DNA of 64,000 nt from assembly GCA_964016885.1 (NCBI GenBank), contig OZ024743.1:109864001-109928000 (forward strand), in the 5' to 3' direction. Shown here piece by piece: positions 55,581-64,000 of the stretch (position 1 is its first letter; each line of letters opens with the position of its first letter). Under the pieces are notes generated by a model. The model did not search any database and was not told the origin of the DNA. It worked only from the letters and a program-made list of their open reading frames with translations. Position numbers and translations under genes: made by a program. Source of the DNA: Eledone cirrhosa (taxonomy: Eukaryota).

Positions 55581-56233
55581 AATTGGAACAATCTTTCTGG
55601 TCTCTATTTTTGAAAATTGAGCTTATCACTACGGATTGCCATTACCACGGTGCAATACATATATATATAATTCAATTATTAATGTTCTTTTTCTTAATTA
55701 TTGTCATAACATATAATTTCATAACACTCATTCTTATTAGAAAGAGCATCTATATATTTGAGTACCTTATAAAATCGTAACATGTAAATATTTCGTTCAT
55801 TTACGTATGTGATTCTCTAATTAACACAGGTTTTTTTATACTCGACATAAAGTTAAATGTCTACCCATGGTCTACGACAATATCCAACATTCTTTTCGAA
55901 TCGATGTTTTAAACAAATGTGATATGCAACAGAGCTGTCGTATGTATATTTGTCTTTATCATTACAATATTTCGATACAGGGTTGCTTGGTCGTCTCATA
56001 ATAATACAGGTAGTATGTAAATAGGATATGTGAAAAATAATGATCTAATACACTCATATGGGATTCTTCTGAAATCTTCAGGATTTGGATTCAGCATGAC
56101 GAAATTGTTTACAATATACCATCAGAATCACCTAGTCCTCACTTCAATCCTGCTGTGAGTGACATTCACTGAAACCACTGTAAGACATTGTATATCAAAC
56201 ATTCATGATTTTCAGCAAACAGGTGGAGTACTT

Positions 56234-56278
56234 AGCTTTGATAAGTACCAATAAGTACGAAACAGAGCTCTGTCAGCT
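56234..56278 (+). ncRNA. Type I hammerhead ribozyme motif with U3-A8 core, in a diverged copy (56212-56410) of the 32-kb repeat
   Basis: AGCT-TTGATAA-GTAC-CAATAA-GTAC-GAAA-CAGAGCTCTG-TC-AGCT. The downstream AAATGCTTTTAATTAAGCATA.AGTGTATTGCAAAATACATTATATATACAT is shared with 32347-32398. Confidence 0.8.
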
Positions 56279-56439
56279 TTATCTCCGCTGTTTGATGAAC
56301 GTTTAAAGTAAGTGAGACTGTCACTATTCTACAACAATAGCGTAAGGTCTTCGAAATGCTTTTAATTAAGCATACAGTGTATTGCAAAATACATTATATA
56401 TACATTCATATATAATATATCTATATATCTATATCTATA

Positions 56440-56594
<155 letters not shown>

Positions 56595-56906
56595 TTATAC
56601 ATTATAAAGTCAGTTTTTTTTCTATAAAATGAAAAAGAAAACGAGGTGTCGTACATGAGTGAAGATATAAGGAAAAATGATGAAATCGAAATATCAACTG
56701 GGGTCTTTTTTTTAAAAATATATATTTATTTGTTTCCTTTACCGATTTCGCAGTTCTTCTGCTTTTCAAAAGTAGAATTGAGATGGAGGGTGTGTGCTTT
56801 TTCTCACAATGTGGGAAAAGCTACAAACCCTCCATCTCAAGGAACCAAATAAATATATATTTAAAAAAAAAAAGACTTCAGTTGCATTTTCGATTTCATT
56901 TTTTTT

Positions 56907-56994
<88 letters not shown>

Positions 56995-59900
56995 CATATG
57001 TGTGTGCGCGTGTGTGTGTGTTTGCGTATGTGTGTGTGCGCGCGCGCATGTTTGTGTATGTTTGTGTGTGTGAGGTAAACGGAGCCACAGGAATTATATT
57101 TGTTAGGGCCACGGCTGCTCACATTACTCACTCAATGATACAGGATTTAAACATAGGACCGTACAAACCTCTATGCCGAATATACACAATCATTTCTATG
57201 TAATGGAGGCGATCGCACGTATATTATGGCAAAACCTATGTGTCCTGGACAAAATCAATTTCTGGTTACTGCGAGTATCAACTGATCTAAGATGTGCATC
57301 AGCAGTTATCTATCCCAGTGGTTATACCGTGCATCAAATGAAGAAGCCATTTCTACATCATTTCATCGGCAGGATTGTCACAGACAGTCAATAATACAGG
57401 ATGTCTCCTGAGGAAGATAAATGCGACAAACAATAGGGAACGTGCATTGACGGGAAATTCAGAATAAAATATATTTTGAATTGTGAAAAAATAATAAAAC
57501 AGAATTGCAAAGAAATACACAAGTAATTAAATTATGAAAGCGCACCGAATATATATAGACAACTAAACAAAATGGTCGTACACATTTCTGACCCCTATCC
57601 ACGCTACTATTGATTCATCTATAAATTACGTTATTTTCCCCCATTTCTGATAGGTGCTCGGTAGTCCAAATGTCCCCTCTCTATCATGTCGTATCCAGCT
57701 AGAATTATTTTCTTTGAGAGTACCTTTGCTCTTTCATCTAACTGGTACTTTTCAGGATTTTGAAAATAAATTATTGGAAACTTGACTAGACATATTCAGA
57801 GAAAAAAACACGCAAAATAACTGTAATATATTGTGATTATACATACATAATCAATCAGATATTTTCACGTTAAATCAAGATACATTAACTTCTAGAAATC
57901 CAATGAAAACTTTACCTGCATCGGCTTCACTCTTCTGAAATGGTAATGGACATTTAATTTAGGGTTACACTAATTTCTGTGGATGTAGTTTTCTTTAAAT
58001 TACATTACAGATAATCAAGTATTGCGCATATACTAAATGTGATACTGAAGAGGAACTGATATAGTATAAATTCTGTTATTCCCATTTAGATTAGGATCAG
58101 AGCTGTTATATCAGAATCATGGGTACGCAACCTCAAGTAATTTGATATTATAATATATCATATTCTCGAAAGCTTTTAGCTTCAATAATTTAAATACGTC
58201 TTATATGTACAACCAAATGCGTGTGATAACATAATTTATGGCAGTCTGTTTCTTATGATTCGGTTTGAATGATACAGGGACAGAATTGATAATATATGCC
58301 TCATATTGACTCAAAGCCAGGAATATGTTCACCGTACCACACTTGATTGGATCGACATTTGCGTATCTGGACTAATGAAAATGGCAACGTCTTTATTCTC
58401 CTTGAGATAACGTGAGATCAAATGCATGCCTGTCCATCTACAATTTGGTTTATATTTCTGGTAGTCGAGTAGGTTAGATAAATGATAGCATTAAAATGGT
58501 TCGATTAATTGGGGATACATTCAAACGAATGCACATAATATACCTCCTTTCTTACGTATGCTTGGACTTATGCCATGTGATAAATCATAATTTAAGAACC
58601 TGTACAGCTTGGTGTATAAGGAACATCAGGTTAATGAGCTACATACGAAAATCGGCTGAAATGTTCGATGCTCGAGCTGTGAATTAATTTCAACTCTACT
58701 TATTAATAACTATAGAGTTTTGTTCCTGATATTTTAATGAAAAATACACCTTATTTTCTCATTCCATGAGAGAAAAGTTTCTGGGTCAGTCTATAAGCTT
58801 TCCAGCCTATGAAATTTGTAACATTGGGACATTTCGGCCAAGCCTTGTAAATGGCAGTGTTTATGTTTTCACTGCTGTGTTCTGATTTCAAATTGTTTGA
58901 CGTTCTTACAATGTTGTGCATGAAGGCGTATGTCTTTACCCATCTCCAATTTGTTTCTAAATATTGTTTCAACTGTTGAAACATATATTTTTTATTCATA
59001 CTATGTGTGATAAACATGTTTAGTTCTAATCTAGGCACAAGGCAAGCGTATCGCAGTACTTGAACCTAGAAACATGAAAGCAGCATCGAAATAATGCCGC
59101 AAAATAATTTTATCCGATAGACCTATCAAGCCTGCTTATTCAACACACACATGTGTGAACACATGTTGAATTGCAACAATACATTAGTGTTTCAAAACGC
59201 GGATATATTGGACCAAACCAATCTAGTAATTCATTGTTATTTACATTTTCAAATATAAATTTTCAAATATAAATTTCCAATCAGGTACATTTTTTTAGCT
59301 CCATGCAAGACTAACATGCGGAATTATCCTCTAACACTATACACGTAAGTGAAACTGAGTAATACGAATTCCCTCTCATCACGGTCGATGTGAAGGCGGT
59401 TGCTTTGGAAATATAGATTAATATTTGTCCATGGTTTTACAACACAATCTTAACTCATTATATTTTAGTAGAATTCTTCACTGAATAGCATGGTTTCTGA
59501 CACACGTGTCTCCGGTTTAATAAATTGCCTTTAGATGTGTCTCTTTCCTAGTAGTCTCAGGAGAGTTAGAAATAGGGGATAGTCTCTATTCATTCACCTT
59601 TTACTACGCCATAGAGCGCACTCAGAATCAAAGTATTTTATCTACAGGCGAAAGTTTATCTCAGATTCAACACCAACCTCGAACATCAGAATGTATCGCT
59701 TGTATAGCCACACTTCAAACATAAATATAACCTTAGCTTATCCATTTTCCCTATCTACCGTTGAGAAAAATACCGAGTCCAGATGAAAGAAATGACAGCA
59801 TACGAATAATACCGAAATAGTTTCCTCAATTCTTTTGATGGCTGCATTTTATCTCGAAATATAGGAACTTCAAAATAAATCTAAGGTAACATTCCAAAAC

Positions 59901-61548
59901 CTCCTCATATTTAATGTTGTTGTGACCGTCTAAAAAAACTATTTAATACCATAATAAATTTTAATAATTAGGAGGGAATTCATTGATGATCACAAAATAA
60001 ATGACAATGTATATATTTTCTATATCGTTTTGTTTTTAGTTGGCTTTTATTTAATAATTAGTTATTAAGTAAATATCAGTTTCCTTGAATTACATATTCA
60101 CAAAATCATACATATATATGCATAGATATATACATAATGCATATATGCATACATACATGCCCCATCCATCCATCCACCCATACATACATAGATACATACA
60201 TATATACATCCATGGAGATAGCCCAAAACAATGTATTCTGTTTTTTCATAAAACTATTTACTGATGCTTTCTGAAAGAAGAACCTGCGGCTATCTATATA
60301 TAAAGATTGAAAGAGAGATGGCTAGATAGATAGATATGTGTATGAGTGTATATGTGAATGTGTGAACGTGTTTTCATATGGACGTGTGTCTCAGTGTGTA
60401 ATGGTTTAATGTCTACTAGAGTGTAATCGTTGCTATTGTAATGACGAGGTAGTTAATATTTTCGTTATTTAAAGTAATTTATTGAATGGATGTACGTATT
60501 ATCATGGCTTTCATAACACTTATCTTGTTTTCTTGGAGCCTAGTGCTTTGGCTAGACACGTTGTGTCGATATGGTTAAGACCCATATTCCGCTTCACATA
60601 ACACGTTACAATGCTTTTACACCTCACTGGATTTTGTAATTCACTGCATTGCCTCACTTGATAAAAGCTAATAAAGACATGTGCCAATACGTCTTTGTTG
60701 ACTGGTGTGGACACATATTATAAACTCAGACTTACATCATTTCAACATAGATATATTTTAAGCTTCATAGTGAACAAGATATTTGAATGAGATGAGAACA
60801 CTGGCTTTTCTCTCACACAAAAGCCATCGCTGTCTCTGAAGCGTTAATAATAATATTATTGTCTGTTTTACTCAGCAAGCAGTCTTGGCTGCTGTGCAAA
60901 ATTATATACCTTTAGTGAAACAAATCTGAATGAATGAAATTAAATGAATGCATAAAAAATGCACAATTACGGTCTATTTCTTGTAGATTACATTCTACTG
61001 TCTTCTCTGTTATATACTGATCTCCAATGTTACATATTCTTGTTATTAATATTGTTATTCAGCTGTGGTCAAGTTATGTATATTTCAATTTAATAGAATT
61101 ATTCTTTTTTTTCCTGGGGATTTCAATGGATTACATTGAAAATGTATTATGTTCTTACGTTTTATGGTGTTCGTTTTTGTATTTGAAACACAAACAAATC
61201 ACGAGTGCGAAAGTTTACCATTCTAAAAGTGTAGTATACTGTATACAATAGCCAGCAAGGAAGAGTCATTTTCATTCAGGAATAGCATAAAGGCACGATG
61301 TTTGGTCAAATCGTGTTTAAGTAGAGTTCGTTTTGATAATCATAATTCACATACTCGAAATTTTGTATACTTATATATCGCTGCCATATTTCCATATATA
61401 ACAATCAGATCACGATGGAAGTCCATTTTCAATGATTTCATATACCACTTTAAAACTGTATTGTTTCCTTCTATATTTGTCTGTTGATGGATACGTGTGG
61501 TCGCAGTGGTGTTACATGGCGTGACTGGGGCTTATTGTAATGACAGAT

Positions 61549-61737
61549 AATTGTTTCTACATTTGGCACAATGCAAGCAATTCCCCAGTACATTAATGGT
61601 ACTTTATTTTATCGACCCCGTAAGGATGAAAGGCAAAGTTAATCTCAGCTTGATTTGAACTCAGACCATAAAGGGCTGTAACTCTTTGCTGAGAAGCATG
61701 GCATACGACCCTCAACCATTACTACCAATCCACGCCA
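61549..61737 (-). mobile_element. tRNA-derived SINE copy
   Basis: Homologous along its length to 21252-21432. Confidence 0.8.
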
Positions 61738-61753
61738 AATAATACGATATAAT

Positions 61754-61794
<41 letters not shown>

Positions 61795-61844
61795 GTGTAT
61801 ATATATATATATATATATATTTATATGATAATTATTATTATTAT

Positions 61845-62058
<214 letters not shown>

Positions 62059-62487
62059 TTATATAAATGTAATAATAATAATAATAAATGTAATCTGAAT
62101 TTTTCGAATATTAATAATAACATTCTATTCGTTTGCAATTATACAAACCAGCCTCAATTTTATAGTCATGTAAGAAGAATGAACCCTCCATTCTTCCTCT
62201 TGTGTTGGCATGTGAACAGAACTGCAGACACTAATGTTTCTGAGTTTCACCCTTTATCAGTACATCTCACTGTTCACGTGACAAACTGTCAGAGCTAGTG
62301 AAAATATATGCTATTTTCAAAAATACACAGTGAATGATCGGCATGATTTGCATATTAGTAGACTGGCCAGTCAGTTTCCTGTATACGAGCGATAAATGTC
62401 CGGTTTTGCCAAAAAAAAAAAAAATTCGCTCTACATGGCTGAATACAATAAATGTAATCTATTCTTCTTAGCCGGTAATCTGAGTAT

Positions 62488-62650
<163 letters not shown>

Positions 62651-62672
62651 AATACATATATATATATATATT

Positions 62673-62718
<46 letters not shown>

Positions 62719-62722
<4 letters not shown>

Positions 62723-62779
62723 GCAAGCATTGCTTTATTGTACTACAATAAAACTCACCTCCTACACTATATATATATG

Positions 62780-62812
<33 letters not shown>

Positions 62813-62813
62813 T

Positions 62814-62889
<76 letters not shown>

Positions 62890-63010
62890 AATATATATAT
62901 ATATATATATATGTATATAAATATATATATATATATATGTATATATATACATATATATATAGTGTAGGAGGTGAGTTTTATTGTAGTACAATAAAGCAAT
63001 GCTTGCATAA
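62719..63010. repeat. Palindrome with perfect 50-bp unique arms (62719-62768 and 62961-63010) enclosing (TA)n
   Basis: TTATGCAAGCATTGCTTTATTGTACTACAATAAAACTCACCTCCTACACT and its exact reverse complement. Confidence 0.9.
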
Positions 63011-63084
63011 ATTCCACAGAACTTTCCATAAAGTTTACAGCTAATATGATAAACTTTATCAATTCAGAATCCTTTTCTCAAAGG

Positions 63085-63155
<71 letters not shown>

Positions 63156-63935
63156 TTCTTTAAAAATATACCCATCTTTCTACCTTATTTCAAAGTTATT
63201 TATTATATTTATTATATTCTACATCACTCCTAATTTCTAACCCGTAATCTGTACATTTTCTCACTGTGCCTAACATAGAAACGATTATTACACAATACAC
63301 CATATTCTTACTTCATATCACCTTGAAAAAATCCTTCGTAAACATAAACATTTTTTTGACGTTAGATTATTCATCCTCTATTCATTACTTTATTCTCCCT
63401 TTCATCTAACTTATTCATGCTCATCTCACAATATATCCTTACTTACATTACTTGTGTTTTTTTAATAATACATATCAACATTTTATTTCCATCGCACATA
63501 TTATTAAACCCTTAAATATTATTCTTAATACATATTAACAATTCCTTTTCATCGCACATATTATTAAACCCTTCTATATACAAACCTTAACTTTACATTA
63601 TTTTTCTCTTAGTTAATTTTCAAATTCTTTTAATTTATACATTATCTTCCAACGGTTTTTTCAACCTCTCTATGTATAACAATATATTTTTCTCAGTTAT
63701 AAAAGCAATCTCTCTCTCTCTATCACCCATCTCTCCTCCTATCTCATTTTCCTCACTATAGTCATCCCCCTCCACTTTTTACTCTCATCTCCTCCTCTTT
63801 TTCACCCCCCCCCCCACCTCCCTCAAAAATTGTTTTCCTCAATATCACACATCAATCTAAAACTACTTTTCATATGTTGATTTAAAACTGCACTATCCAC
63901 AAGTGTTTTTTAACCTTCAAATCATGTCCTCCTAT

Positions 63936-64000
63936 TTTATCTGATGAAAACACAAATGTTACTGCATGATGATATTTGTTTTTGAGATGCGCATAATAAA
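63936..64000 (+). ncRNA. Type I hammerhead motif with a long stem II and one core substitution (GAGA for GAAA), at the window edge
   Basis: TTTAT-CTGATGA-AAACACAAATGTTA-CTGCATGA-TGATATTTGTTTTT-GAGA-TGCGCA-TA-ATAAA; palindromic ATGCGCAT stem III. Confidence 0.65.

Noticed and set aside
57610-57945. Possible minus-strand host exons (open ~50-codon stretch; 19-nt AG..GT micro-exon near 57916-57935)
   Set aside because: No recognisable protein similarity or consistent exon chain; cannot be supported without RNA data.

Overview
Repeat-dominated, AT-rich animal genomic DNA; the SINE family and dense (TA)n/(CA)n/(TAA)n microsatellites suggest a cephalopod, which is an inference. No host gene is supportable. 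1-22.7 kb is a nest of decayed retroelements stacked in (TAA)n tracts: an R4/Dong-type element split by a Chapaev3-like DNA transposon, three head-to-tail near-full-length Tx1-type LINEs, and tRNA-derived SINEs. 22.7-64 kb is (TA)n-rich and holds Penelope-like (PLE) material: an RT+GIY-YIG element with an inverted partner, plus several inverted-repeat pseudo-LTR remnants. The main result is that the ~495-bp tandem repeat at 41.6-51.0 kb is not a plain satellite. Every unit carries an intact minimal type I hammerhead ribozyme motif (19 copies: 14 on -, 5 on +). The two arms are joined head-to-head and both 3' ends run into (TA)n, the same geometry as the neighbouring PLE insertions. A diverged, terminally redundant monomer at 28.6-29.1 kb shows stem covariation. 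This fits a non-coding retrozyme/circRNA-like element mobilised by PLE RT (inference). At least four other hammerhead families occur in the window, including U3-A8 compensated-core variants. All RNA structures were read by eye, not computed.
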